Below, piece by piece: positions 49,005-58,756 of a DNA stretch of 64,000 nt (positions are counted from its first letter, which is position 1; every line of letters starts with the position of its first letter). Source of the DNA: an uncultured delta proteobacterium (GTDB lineage: Bacteria > Desulfobacterota > RBG-13-43-22); assembly GCA_963838485.1 (NCBI GenBank), contig CAWIRY010000091.1, positions 128,658-192,657 on the forward strand, read 5' to 3'. The notes under the pieces are model-generated. The model made no database searches. It was not told the DNA's origin and saw only the letters and a list, made by a program, of their open reading frames with translations. A program made the position numbers and the translations under genes.

Positions 49005-49366
49005 ACTTCCTTGCCGATGAAAGTATCGACAAACCGATTGTCGAAGCGCTTCGTGGGAAGGATTTTGTTGTAGGCTACGTTGCCGAAATGGAACCCGGAA
49101 TTTCTGATGACGTTGTGCTGGATTTGGCAAACATAGAAAAGGCACTTTTATTAACGGCTGATAAAGACTTTGGCGAATTAGTTTTCCGCCTTAGACGCCT
49201 TTCTTCGGGAGTTGTGCTGATCAGATTGGCCGGTCTGTCTCCCTCCAAAAAGGCCAACATCGTCGTTTCTTTTATCACTAAACACTTCAAACAATTAATT
49301 GGATTCTTTTCAGTCATTACCCCTACGGGGATTCGGATTAGACAACAACCCAATGATGAGTCGTGA
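49001..49366 (+). CDS. DUF5615 / Mut7-C-like PIN-domain toxin-like protein
   Basis: MNFLADESID...LLTADKDFGEL acidic PIN-like signature; 4-bp overlap with the DUF433 gene. Confidence 0.6.
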   Translation: MNFLADESIDKPIVEALRGKDFVVGYVAEMEPGISDDVVLDLANIEKALLLTADKDFGELVFRLRRLSSGVVLIRLAGLSPSKKANIVVSFITKHFKQLIGFFSVITPTGIRIRQQPNDES

Positions 49367-49726
49367 TCGGCGTCAAAACCTTCGTGGGGATATTTATCTT
49401 TTGAGTTAAGGACCTATCCTGCCGAATGCTGATTGGTGCGCGAGCTTTCAGATAAAGAACTACCACGCATGGAATCCCGTCACATCATCGACGCGAGATT
49501 GAAGGAGGGGCCGATCCATTTCGACGAAAGACCTCTCCCGAGATATGAGCTAGACAAAAACCTGACCTCGGAGATTTGGGCTCGCTTTGCCTCACGGGCC
49601 AGGATTCCCGGGAATATGTAAACCCCGCGGGACGTTTTCCACTGAGTTCACAAAAGGGACCTTATCCTGATACTTGAAAGAGTTGGCCTGGTCCGACCTA
49701 ATTTAACGCCGGCAGAGATATCACCG

Positions 49727-50360
49727 ATGAAACATCTTCTTTCTCTGATCTTGATTGTGGCAACCTTTTTCTATTTTCCGCCCTTTGCCCAATCCAATAC
49801 GCCAGAGCCCCCGTATCGTCATGCTGGGGGATTCCATAACCGCCTGGGGGAACTGGACGTCCTTATTGAGCCGAAGGGATGTTCGGAATCAAGGCGTGGC
49901 CGGAGACCGGACCGGTGATGTCCTGGCCAGAATGGAGAAGGTGGTCCTGGTCAAACCGAAATACTGCTTCGTCATGATCGGGATCAATGACATCTTACAC
50001 GGTCAGCCTGTTGATGGGATCTTCGACAATTACCGGAAAATCATCGATGGTTTGATAAAGGAGGGGATTATTCCCATTATCCAATCCACCCTCTATCTGG
50101 CCGGACCTGACCCCCAGAACAAATCGGTTGAAGCCTTGAACACGAAAATTAAACAACTGGCTGTGGAGCGTAAGATCCTCTTTCTGGATTTGAATCGACG
50201 CCTGGCCCCCAACAAACAATTACTGCCTGCCTTTACCAATGACGGCCTCCATTTAAACAAAGCCGGGTATCAGGCCTGGAAGGATGAACTGGCAAAGTCC
50301 CAATTTTCGGAATCTTGGCCGGAACCGGCTGCCAACCGTATCTATCACCAAGGAGAATGA
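49727..50360 (+). CDS. SGNH/GDSL hydrolase (lipase/acylhydrolase) with an N-terminal signal peptide; the signal peptide and mature domain are in different frames (1-nt indel near 49800)
   Basis: Block I GDSITAWGN, block III/V (GINDIL; DGLHLN). The signal peptide MKHLLSLILIVATFFYFPPFAQSNTP is in frame in the truncated duplicate, but here it is offset by one base (ccagagcccccg here versus ccgagcccccg in the duplicate). Confidence 0.7.
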
Positions 50361-50612
50361 TAAAATTGGGTTTTGGTGATAACCTCTGACATCTCGCTAT
50401 CTCTCCGAGGCAGATGTCCATAGTCTTCTGGTCAAGTTGAGTTTCCTCGTTGACCCCCAGCGCAAATCCACATCCTGAAAGCTCGCCCCTTTGCTCTCAC
50501 AAAGCGACCTGAGCCGGGGGAAGACATCCTCCTGCAGAATCCTCCGCTCCTGCCTCATATCGGTAAAGGTGGAATTGACAAATACTCTGAAGGTTTTGGT
50601 TGCCTGCGGCAC
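50233..50612 (-). pseudogene. Remnant of the N-terminus of a DUF4062-domain (NTPase-associated) gene, frameshifted and truncated
   Basis: FRVFVNSTFTDMRQERRIL and IILLGDRYGWQP motifs, split over two overlapping ORFs and running into the GDSL gene. Confidence 0.4.
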
Positions 50613-50681
50613 GGGCTATTTTATTCTTTTCCATGAAAATTATTCATCACAGAATTCAATGAAAAATAATAAATCTCCTTT

Positions 50682-51872
50682 TCACATCAGTGATTGTGGG
50701 CTCAGGCTAAAAAAATCTTCAAAGGACAAACCTTGTGCCCCGATCAATAGCTTCTTAGAAACATGATACTCCTTGGAAAAGGCATCGATGCCGGGCAGAC
50801 TTGTCTTCTGGCCCCCACTCTTCACTTCAATAACGGTAAGTTGCTTGCCCCTGCTGAGGACAAAATCAACCTCCCGATTGCGTCCTGCCCAGTAATAAAC
50901 CTTTATATCTGTTCCGGTGGTCCCGTTGACCAGTGCCCCTCCAATCGCAGTTTCGACTATCCTTCCCCAAAAATCCGGATTTCTTCGTGCCTCCTGGAAG
51001 TTGAGAGTGGAAGAGGCGGTCATAAAGGCATTATTTAGAACAATAAGTTTTGGGCTTGAACCACGCCGTCTTGCCTCCCCTCCGGCATATTTCGGCAGCC
51101 CCGTAATAAGCCCTGCCCCACGGAGCAGTTCCAGATAATGAGCCAAAGTTACCGTATTCCCGGCATCCTGCAATTGACCCAGCATCTTCTGATAGGAAAG
51201 AATCCGCCGTGAATAATGACATCCAAGGTCGAAAAGACGGCGTAAAAGTGCCGGCTTGTCAACCCTGGTCATAAGGAGCACATCGCGGGAGACTGTCGTT
51301 TCGATGAGAGAGTCGTGTATATATCGCGCCCATCGCTCCCGATCCCCGGTAAGGGTTACCGCTCCAGGATATCCTCCATAATACAGGAACTTCTCAAGAC
51401 CCCAGCCAAAGGCATTGCGCATCTCAGGAAAAGACCAGTGGGTGACCGGTATGGTCTCGAACCGCCCCGCCAGGCTTTCGGTCAGTCCCTGCTGAACAAG
51501 CAAAGGAGATGAACCGAGAATAAGGACATGAAGCCGGAGTTTTTTGGCCGTATCCTGATCCCAGTGGTATTTCACCGTTTCCGACCAGCCGGGTATCTTT
51601 TGGATTTCATCGAGGATCAAAAGACCCCTTTGGCCTTTTTTGCCGGCACTAATCATCAAACGGGCATTATCCCATTGTTGTTCTATCCATAAGTGGTTTT
51701 TCAAGGCAGGTTCATCCGCCGAGGCATAATGGGTTTTCCCAGGATATTCTTCCATGATCTGATGGGCCAGCGTGGTTTTTCCACTCTGTCTGGGTCCAGC
51801 CAAGACCTGCAAAAACCGTCTTGGCTCAGTCAGTCGCGCCAGTAACACCTTAAAGCAAGGTCGCTTATACAT
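50682..51872 (-). CDS. AAA+ ATPase of the AAA_14 / DUF4143 family
   Basis: Walker A GPRQSGKTT and Walker B LLILDEIQ in a 396-aa ORF. Confidence 0.75.
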   Translation of the reverse strand: MYKRPCFKVLLARLTEPRRFLQVLAGPRQSGKTTLAHQIMEEYPGKTHYASADEPALKNHLWIEQQWDNARLMISAGKKGQRGLLILDEIQKIPGWSETVKYHWDQDTAKKLRLHVLILGSSPLLVQQGLTESLAGRFETIPVTHWSFPEMRNAFGWGLEKFLYYGGYPGAVTLTGDRERWARYIHDSLIETTVSRDVLLMTRVDKPALLRRLFDLGCHYSRRILSYQKMLGQLQDAGNTVTLAHYLELLRGAGLITGLPKYAGGEARRRGSSPKLIVLNNAFMTASSTLNFQEARRNPDFWGRIVETAIGGALVNGTTGTDIKVYYWAGRNREVDFVLSRGKQLTVIEVKSGGQKTSLPGIDAFSKEYHVSKKLLIGAQGLSFEDFFSLSPQSLM

Positions 51873-52538
51873 TTTTACTTCCTGTTAAGTGCTATTACAA
51901 TTTACTCAATATGATGAGTAAATATACTCTGAAAAAATAGTAACCGTCAAGCCTATTTTTTTATCTCAGATGCCTACAATGTTACAGAGTACTCAGAGGA
52001 AATTTTGTACAGATCGCCGGTGATGGGCTGGCAATCTGTAAGCTTCGCTGCCCTTCGGGCAAATAGTAGGCCGGAGGCCAGGGCTGATTTATTCAATACC
52101 GCCTCTCACGGGATTGAACAAAAAAAGGACTTTCCTCTACGTTCTCTAAGAATACAGCACCGGAAAGAAGTTTATAAGTAAATTCGGCACCGCAGCAGCA
52201 CCAACCAGGCCATTGGACGTCGATGCCCGTCGCTCGCATGGACCTTCGGCCTCCGCAAGCTGCAGGCCAAGGGTCAACTTCTGTTCCCATGTAATTGAGA
52301 CACTCCCCTAAGCGGAACCCGCAGTGCCCTGAAGTTAGCCAACCAAAAACATGAGTTTAAACTTTAAGCCCTCGGATTTCCCAGATAAACATTCATTGAG
52401 TAATTTGTTTGATTTTTCCTAATTTCATGTAATATAAAGCCATTATGACTCATGAACGTCCGGAGGAAGAGGGATCAAGAGGTGGATGAGGTTGTTAAAC
52501 TTTTTAACTATCGAATTGAAAAATGACTGGAGTGTACT

Positions 52539-53007
52539 ATGCCGGATAGAGCCGTTCAGGATTGTTATCCTGAAGAGTTTGCCCATTGTTACGGTTGCGG
52601 AAGACTCAATCGAGACGGGATGAAGATTAAGAGCTACTGGGACGGAAAGGAATGCGTCTGCCATTATAAGCCGAGACCTTATTACACTGGTGGTTTCCCA
52701 GGATTTTCCTATGGAGGACTTATCAGCTCATTAATAGACTGTCATAGCGCCGCTACCGCATCTGTCGCTAAATTACAGTCCGAAGGCTTTACTCTTAATG
52801 ACCGCCCCCTTCCCGCTTTGTTACAGCATCATTGAAAGTCGATTTTCTTAAACCAACCCCATTGACAAAGTCCTTGAGTTGAAAGGACGGCCCAAAGAAA
52901 TCTCGGACCGAAAAGTCATCGTGGCCGTCACCTTATCTGCCGAAGGTGAGATGTGTGCGAAAGGTGAGGCTGTCATGGTAAAGCTTCCAGACGAGGTCAA
53001 GAAATGA
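52539..53007 (+). CDS. Hotdog-fold (PaaI-like) thioesterase-family protein with an N-terminal CxxC segment; frameshifted at a C5 run (52805-52809)
   Basis: The ORF 52539-52835 stops after LLQHH. The -1 frame reopens at 52802 and continues ...KPTPIDKVLELKGRPKEISDRKVIVAVTLSAEGEMCAKGEAVMVKLPDEVKK*. Confidence 0.5.
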
Positions 53008-53369
53008 GGGGCATTTTCATTAACGATAAGATCGGAGGCAAACGAGTCATTGGTTCTTTGGTCTTCCTGGTCCTAATCTACCTATTCATATCCTTGGGGC
53101 ATAATGCTTTTTCTGTGCGAGGAAATAAAGAATCCAAGGTGATTTTTGTCGTGAAGTGATACAATGTTGGCAAAGAAGCCTTGGGCAGACATTGGGTCCG
53201 ACCCCAGGGACACGAAAAGCCGCGTTACTGAGCTAATGCAAAAGGCAATCCCTTCAACTTAAACCCTGAATATCTAACACAAAAATAGGGTTCGAGGGTT
53301 CACAGGTTAAATACTGCCGGCGGCGTGATTGGCCCCTTAAATCTCAGAATCTTTTGTTCTTTCGTTTGT

Positions 53370-53398
53370 TTTTGACAATTGTATTTTCTTTCAGTATG
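53370..53398 (+). promoter_or_regulatory. Consensus sigma70-type promoter (TTGACA-17 bp-TATGAT) for the 53448 gene
   Basis: TTGACA at 53370-53375, a 17-nt spacer and TATGAT at 53393-53398, followed by an AAAGGAA ribosome-binding site before the ATG at 53448. Confidence 0.5.
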
Positions 53399-53447
53399 AT
53401 TTACTAAAATCATTGGGATCTAACATGAGATGGTAACTTAGAAAGGA

Positions 53448-54098
53448 ATGAACATGAAGAAAAGCAACCGGAAACAATACCTGCAAACTTGGCTGAATTA
53501 TCTTAAAGGGAAAGCAGAGATTAACTATAAAGTACTGAGAAAGCTGATGGAAAAGAAGTTCAAAGACCAATATTCCAGCATAACCTTGAAACGGTATAAT
53601 ACCACCCTGAAAGGTAATCTTTTGGAAAACGGGTATATTTCAGGGAAAAAGGGCAAGGGAGTTAAGGTTGAGTCCTTTCCCATTGTTAAACCGATTACCC
53701 TGTCGGTATTGGATAAATGTCTTTCCCGTGATACTAAAAAGGTCCATTTTGAAGAAAAGGATTTAACCCCGGTAGTCAAGAAACGAGTCTCTCTTCCTCC
53801 TGAAAAAGCTCAAAAGAAAAGGGCCAAGGCAACAAAGAAGAAGATTAAAGCCTCAAGCGTTCTCAAGAAAGCACCCAAAGGGAAAAAAGTTAAGTTACCG
53901 GTTCTACGGGTCTCCAAAGGGGAACAGAGTGAATCCGAACAAACCGCTTTTTATGTTGCCCAACAATTAGCTGAACACATAGGTGAACTGGAAAGTCGAC
54001 TGGCGGCGTATGAACGGATTTTTGAAAACCTGAGAGGGTTATTCAGCATGGAGATTCTCGAAATGGAGGATTGGATGGAAGAGAATCTTTTTAAATAA
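53448..54098 (+). CDS. Hypothetical lysine-rich protein (216 aa)
   Basis: ORF with a good promoter and ribosome-binding site; no recognisable domain. Confidence 0.5.
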   Translation: MNMKKSNRKQYLQTWLNYLKGKAEINYKVLRKLMEKKFKDQYSSITLKRYNTTLKGNLLENGYISGKKGKGVKVESFPIVKPITLSVLDKCLSRDTKKVHFEEKDLTPVVKKRVSLPPEKAQKKRAKATKKKIKASSVLKKAPKGKKVKLPVLRVSKGEQSESEQTAFYVAQQLAEHIGELESRLAAYERIFENLRGLFSMEILEMEDWMEENLFK

Positions 54099-54140
54099 AA
54101 GGCAATCATTTTAAACTTTATTATTTTTTGGGAGGGTCCA

Positions 54141-54470
54141 ATGCCGACGTTTGAGTATGAAGGAAAGGAAATCAATGTTGATGATGAAGGGTATCTTAAG
54201 AATTTTGATGAGTGGAATGAAACCGTTGCCTGTGCTCTGGCTGAGAAAGAAGGAGTTAGCAAAACCTGTCCACTGAACCAAGAACAGATGGAAATATTAA
54301 AATTTATTAGAGAATATTATAAAAAGTTCAATTCGGTCCCAATAGTCCGTGCTGTGTGCACCAATGTACACCAACCAAAGGTCTGTGAATATATTCAGTT
54401 CCCAGATCCGGTCACCACCTGTAAGATCGCGGGAATACCTAAACTTAATACTGGATATCCCCTAATGTAA
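54141..54470 (+). CDS. TusE/DsrC-family sulfur-relay-like protein lacking the usual penultimate cysteine
   Basis: 109 aa. The family-typical C-terminal arm has only one Cys (TTCKIAGIPKLNTGYPLM) instead of the C...C-V ending of DsrC. Confidence 0.55.
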   Translation: MPTFEYEGKEINVDDEGYLKNFDEWNETVACALAEKEGVSKTCPLNQEQMEILKFIREYYKKFNSVPIVRAVCTNVHQPKVCEYIQFPDPVTTCKIAGIPKLNTGYPLM

Positions 54471-54711
54471 TCAAGTTGTAGCCCCGTGGGACGTTGTCCA
54501 CTGAGTTCACAAAATACTTTGCAGAAAAGTCAAAAAGGGGGAGACTCCCCGCACCACGGTGCGGGAGCATTCCCGCGCATTTTGTGCAGGGAGCTTCATG
54601 TCCCGCTTGACATCAGAATGGAACCTACCATAATAAGGCGGTATTTCCGTTATCAACCCTTTTAAATCTTAAACCAATCGGCTTTCGAGGCCGGTGGTGG
54701 GGAGTGGACCA

Positions 54712-55296
54712 ATGGCAGAGAAATTATCCGGGAAAAAGGTAGTTATGATCGTAGCCAACGAATATGAGGATATCGAACTCCTGTATCCGTTACTTCGGCT
54801 GAGTGAAGAGGGGGCCGAAATTGTCGTCGTACCGGTGCAAATGGGTAACCATCCGCGCCCCTGGCTCGAAAGCAAGCCGGTCACCGGCCGCTTTGGTCAT
54901 CCGGTTCCCATTCCCATCATGCCCGAGGGGAGACGGCACAGTATTCGAAAAATCGAAGAGGTCAAGGCCGCAGAGATAGACTGTCTGCTCTTCCCCGGTG
55001 GATTCTCCCCTGATGCCTTGCGCCGGCACCCCGAGACCCTTGAGCTGACTCGCCAATGCCATCAGCAGGGTAAACTGATTGCAGCCATTTGCCACGCTCC
55101 CTGGATTCTGATCTCAGCCGGCCTGATGAAAGGAAAACGGGCGACCAGTTTCGCCGCCGTTAAAGATGACCTGATCAATGCCGGGGCTGAATTCGTGGAT
55201 GTACCGGCGGTAAGAGACGGCAACGTTATCACCAGCCGCACCCCCCTTGATTTGCCCGAGTTCTGCCAGGAGATTATCCGGGCTCTGACGGAATGA
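54712..55296 (+). CDS. DJ-1/PfpI-family protein
   Basis: Nucleophile elbow AICHAPWIL; the start is placed at MAEKLSGKKVVMIV. Confidence 0.8.
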   Translation: MAEKLSGKKVVMIVANEYEDIELLYPLLRLSEEGAEIVVVPVQMGNHPRPWLESKPVTGRFGHPVPIPIMPEGRRHSIRKIEEVKAAEIDCLLFPGGFSPDALRRHPETLELTRQCHQQGKLIAAICHAPWILISAGLMKGKRATSFAAVKDDLINAGAEFVDVPAVRDGNVITSRTPLDLPEFCQEIIRALTE

Positions 55297-55531
55297 GCCG
55301 GTGCACCACGAATCATGAAAATAGGATTCAAGGGGCCGAGGGGTCCAGGATTCAAGTGAACGGCTTGAAATTTGAAACCTTGAACCCTATTTTCGTATTG
55401 AACCGTCATGCCCCTAAAGGGCACCATGAAGTATGAAAATTAATTTCGCCGGGTATCGATTTTAATTATTCCTTGTTTGCTTTGAGCTTTCAGCTTTGAG
55501 CTATTTTCGTATTGAATTTCCGGGGGTCCTT

Positions 55532-57013
55532 ATGCCCAAATACATCGCGGCCGTCGATCAAGGCACCACCAGCACCCGCTGCATCCTTTTTGATCACGGG
55601 GGAAACATCGTCTCCGTGGCTCAGAAAGAGCACCGCCAAATTTATCCCCGGCCGGGATGGGTGGAACACGACCCGCTGGAAATCTGGGCCAACACCCAGG
55701 AGGTCATCCAGGGCGCCCTGGAAAAGGGAAAGTGTTCTTCCAAGGACATCGCCGCCGTAGGCGTGACCAACCAGAGGGAGACCACGGTGGTCTGGGAAAA
55801 ATCCACCGGCAAACCCATCACCCATGCCATCGTCTGGCAGGACACCCGCACCGACCTGCACTGCCAGGAATTGGCCAGAGAAGGAGGACAGGATCGTCTG
55901 CGTGGGAAAACCGGTCTCCCTTTGGCCACCTATTTCTCCGGCCCCAAGCTCAGATGGATCCTGGACCACGTTCCGGAGGCGCAAAAGAGAGCTGAAAACG
56001 GTGAGCTGCTTTTCGGGACCATCGACACCTGGGTCATCTGGAACCTGACCGGGGTCCACGTCACCGATGTGACCAATGCTTCCCGTACACTCATGATGGA
56101 TCTGAACCGCCTGGATTGGGATGACGAAATCCTCAAGCTGTTGAATATCCCCAAGGCCATGTTGCCGAAGATCGGCTCTTCCTCGGAAATCTATGGGTCG
56201 GCCAAGGGTGCGCTCGACGGAGTGCCGGTGGCCGGCGATTTAGGCGATCAGCAGGCGGCCCTCTTCGGCCAGACCTGTTTTAACCCCGGTGAGGCCAAGA
56301 ACACTTACGGCACGGGCTGTTTCATGCTTCTGAACCTGGGCGAGCTGCCGGTTCCCAGCACCAGCGGTCTGCTGACCACCGTTGCTTACAAGATCGGCAA
56401 TCAGAAGGCCGTCTATGCCCTGGAAGGATCGATCGCCATCACCGGAGCCCTGGTCCAGTGGCTACGCGACAATATGGGCCTGGTCCGGAGTTCTGTCGAA
56501 GTGGAGACCCTGGCCCGCACGGTCGGTGACAGCGGCGGCATCTACTTTGTGCCGGCCTTTTCCGGACTCTTCGCCCCCTATTGGCGGTCCGACGCCCGGG
56601 GGGTCATCGTCGGCCTGACCCGTTACATCAACAAAGGCCATCTGGCCCGGGCCGTCCTGGAGGCCACGGCCTATCAGACCCGAGAGGTGCTCGACGCCAT
56701 GGGAAAGGACTCTGGCGTCCAATTAAAGGCCCTCAAGGTGGACGGCGGCATGATCGGCAATAACCTTTTGATGCAATTCCAGGCGGACCTGTTGGACGTG
56801 CCCGTCATCTGTCCTAAAATAGCCGAGACCACGGCCCTGGGGGCTGCTTACGCCGCCGGTTTGGCCGTAGGTTTTTGGAAAAACTTCGACGAGCTGCGAC
56901 TCCACTGGGGCAAGGATCAAGAATGGAAACCAAGGATGGAAGCCGCCAAACGGGAACAACTTTATGCCGGCTGGAAAAAGGCGGTCACCCGGACTTTCGA
57001 CTGGGTAAAATAA
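55532..57013 (+). CDS. glpK: Glycerol kinase
   Basis: The N-terminus [18 protein letters not shown] and the length of about 493 aa are typical of GlpK; the start is placed at MPKYIAAV. Confidence 0.9.
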   Translation: MPKYIAAVDQGTTSTRCILFDHGGNIVSVAQKEHRQIYPRPGWVEHDPLEIWANTQEVIQGALEKGKCSSKDIAAVGVTNQRETTVVWEKSTGKPITHAIVWQDTRTDLHCQELAREGGQDRLRGKTGLPLATYFSGPKLRWILDHVPEAQKRAENGELLFGTIDTWVIWNLTGVHVTDVTNASRTLMMDLNRLDWDDEILKLLNIPKAMLPKIGSSSEIYGSAKGALDGVPVAGDLGDQQAALFGQTCFNPGEAKNTYGTGCFMLLNLGELPVPSTSGLLTTVAYKIGNQKAVYALEGSIAITGALVQWLRDNMGLVRSSVEVETLARTVGDSGGIYFVPAFSGLFAPYWRSDARGVIVGLTRYINKGHLARAVLEATAYQTREVLDAMGKDSGVQLKALKVDGGMIGNNLLMQFQADLLDVPVICPKIAETTALGAAYAAGLAVGFWKNFDELRLHWGKDQEWKPRMEAAKREQLYAGWKKAVTRTFDWVK

Positions 57014-58292
57014 TTGGAATCTTCAATAAAAAGATCAAGCCGAAAGAAATGAGCATCGATAGGCAGAATACCGTAAAAACCTGTTGATAGGCCTCCAAAG
57101 GGTAGGCCGAACCGGTTCGGCCTACAGCGTCCATCAGGAAGCCGGTGAAAGGTTGAAAAAGGGCCGTGGCCAGAAAGGCGGCCGGGTTCATCAGACCCAT
57201 GGCCGTCCCCGTGAGCCGGGGGGGAAATATTTCTTTCACCATGGTCATGTACAGAGAGAGCGCACCCCAGCCGAAGAAGCCCAAGATAAAAAACAAGGGA
57301 CTGATAAAACCCTTATGCGGCTTCCCTCCAGCAAGAAAAAAAACGGTCCAGCAGGCTAATGATAAAAATAAGGAGATGACCAGGACCCTTTTCCGTTCCA
57401 TGTTCAACCGATCGGCCAGGAAGCCGATTAGTGGGGCACCGATGATCGATCCGAGAGGCATGATCATCAATAACCCTCCGGCCTGAAGGCGCGTGTAACC
57501 ATAAATATCCATCAGATAGGGGACTGCCCAGAGTCCCTGAAAGGTAAGGACCGGCCCGCCGAAAAAGAAGTAGGAGAGGGTGATTATCCAAAAACCCGAA
57601 CTTTTGAATATAATCCCAAGGCGCTTACCGGTTGACAGGCCATCCGAAACAGGGGTGGCTTGTTTTGGGGATATCGGGGTCGTTCCAACGATCGGCTGCC
57701 ACCCCTTGTCTTCCGGTCTGTCCCGCAGGATAATCCAGGCCAGGATCCCGAAAAGCAGGGAAACGCCCCCAATGCCGATAAAAGAGAGCCGCCAACCGAG
57801 AAGCAAAACCAGATAAGTCAGAGGCAGGGAAGCGGACAGATTCCCGGCGCCTCCAAGCCCCAGGAAGAGCCCTGTTATCCCGGCAAATTCTTTTGGTCTG
57901 TACCAACTGGAAAAAATCTTCAATCCGGGCACGAAAATGCCGCCCACACCGATACCGATCAAGGCCCGGCCGACACCGGCCATGAGCATATTCGGGGCAA
58001 GACCGAAAACCAGACAACCCAGGCAGGAAATTAGCGTAAAAATAGTCACCACCCGACGGGGCCCAATCGTATCGGACAACAGGCCTACAGGGGGTTGGAT
58101 GGCGGCATAGAGGTAGAAATAGGTCGAGGCCATCAGACCAAGGGCCGTGGCATCGGCCCCGAATTCGTTCACCAGGTCACGGGCGATAACCGTAGGAGAT
58201 ATGCGGTGAAGACAGGCCAGGAAATAAATCGCTCCCATGATACCCAGCATCCACCATCGATAGCGAACAGGATCTTTAAAAAAAGAAATCAT
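56985..58292 (-). CDS. MFS transporter
   Basis: 435 aa with about 12 TM segments and a conserved G-x-L-x-D-x-x-G-x-R motif ([11 protein letters not shown]). Confidence 0.8.
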   Translation of the reverse strand: MISFFKDPVRYRWWMLGIMGAIYFLACLHRISPTVIARDLVNEFGADATALGLMASTYFYLYAAIQPPVGLLSDTIGPRRVVTIFTLISCLGCLVFGLAPNMLMAGVGRALIGIGVGGIFVPGLKIFSSWYRPKEFAGITGLFLGLGGAGNLSASLPLTYLVLLLGWRLSFIGIGGVSLLFGILAWIILRDRPEDKGWQPIVGTTPISPKQATPVSDGLSTGKRLGIIFKSSGFWIITLSYFFFGGPVLTFQGLWAVPYLMDIYGYTRLQAGGLLMIMPLGSIIGAPLIGFLADRLNMERKRVLVISLFLSLACWTVFFLAGGKPHKGFISPLFFILGFFGWGALSLYMTMVKEIFPPRLTGTAMGLMNPAAFLATALFQPFTGFLMDAVGRTGSAYPLEAYQQVFTVFCLSMLISFGLIFLLKIPIILPSRKSG

Positions 58293-58531
58293 GAATGTCC
58301 GTACCCAAATATTCTTCCGCGGTTGACCGTGTTGGCCCCCATGGCTGATTCATTTTCCTTCTACCGAAGATTTTTACACCGATTATCCTGATCTGACAAT
58401 GGAAAATAAATCCAACCCAATTTCTCAAACTCCGACGGGAAAATCATGGAGATTTCCGAATGCCGATGATATACTGATTTTTGCCAAAATTTTCAGATGA
58501 TAAAGGGAAACGGATAAATTCGGGACACAAT

Positions 58532-58756
58532 ATGAAATGGATAAAATTGATCACCCTGGATAATCGATTTCAGGCCGATCTTCTCACCGATGCCCTTGAA
58601 AAAAGCAAGATCCCTCTCTTAGTCAGAGAATATAAGGATACGGCCTATGACGGTCTGTTTGTGAGCCAGAAAGGCTGGGGGACCGTAATGGTAGACGCAG
58701 CCAGTCTGGAAGAGGCTAAAACAATAACGGAAGAGCTTTTCGGTAGTTTGTGCTGA
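58532..58756 (+). CDS. DUF2007-family small protein (putative signal-transducing protein)
   Basis: MKWIKLITLDNRFQADLLTDALEKSKIPLLV matches the DUF2007 N-terminal pattern. Confidence 0.55.
   Translation: MKWIKLITLDNRFQADLLTDALEKSKIPLLVREYKDTAYDGLFVSQKGWGTVMVDAASLEEAKTITEELFGSLC

Noticed and set aside
55490-56160. Several ORFs on both strands within glpK
   Set aside because: GC-rich shadow frames; the GlpK assignment is secure.
57084-58034. Plus-strand ORFs antisense to the MFS transporter
   Set aside because: Shadow ORFs.
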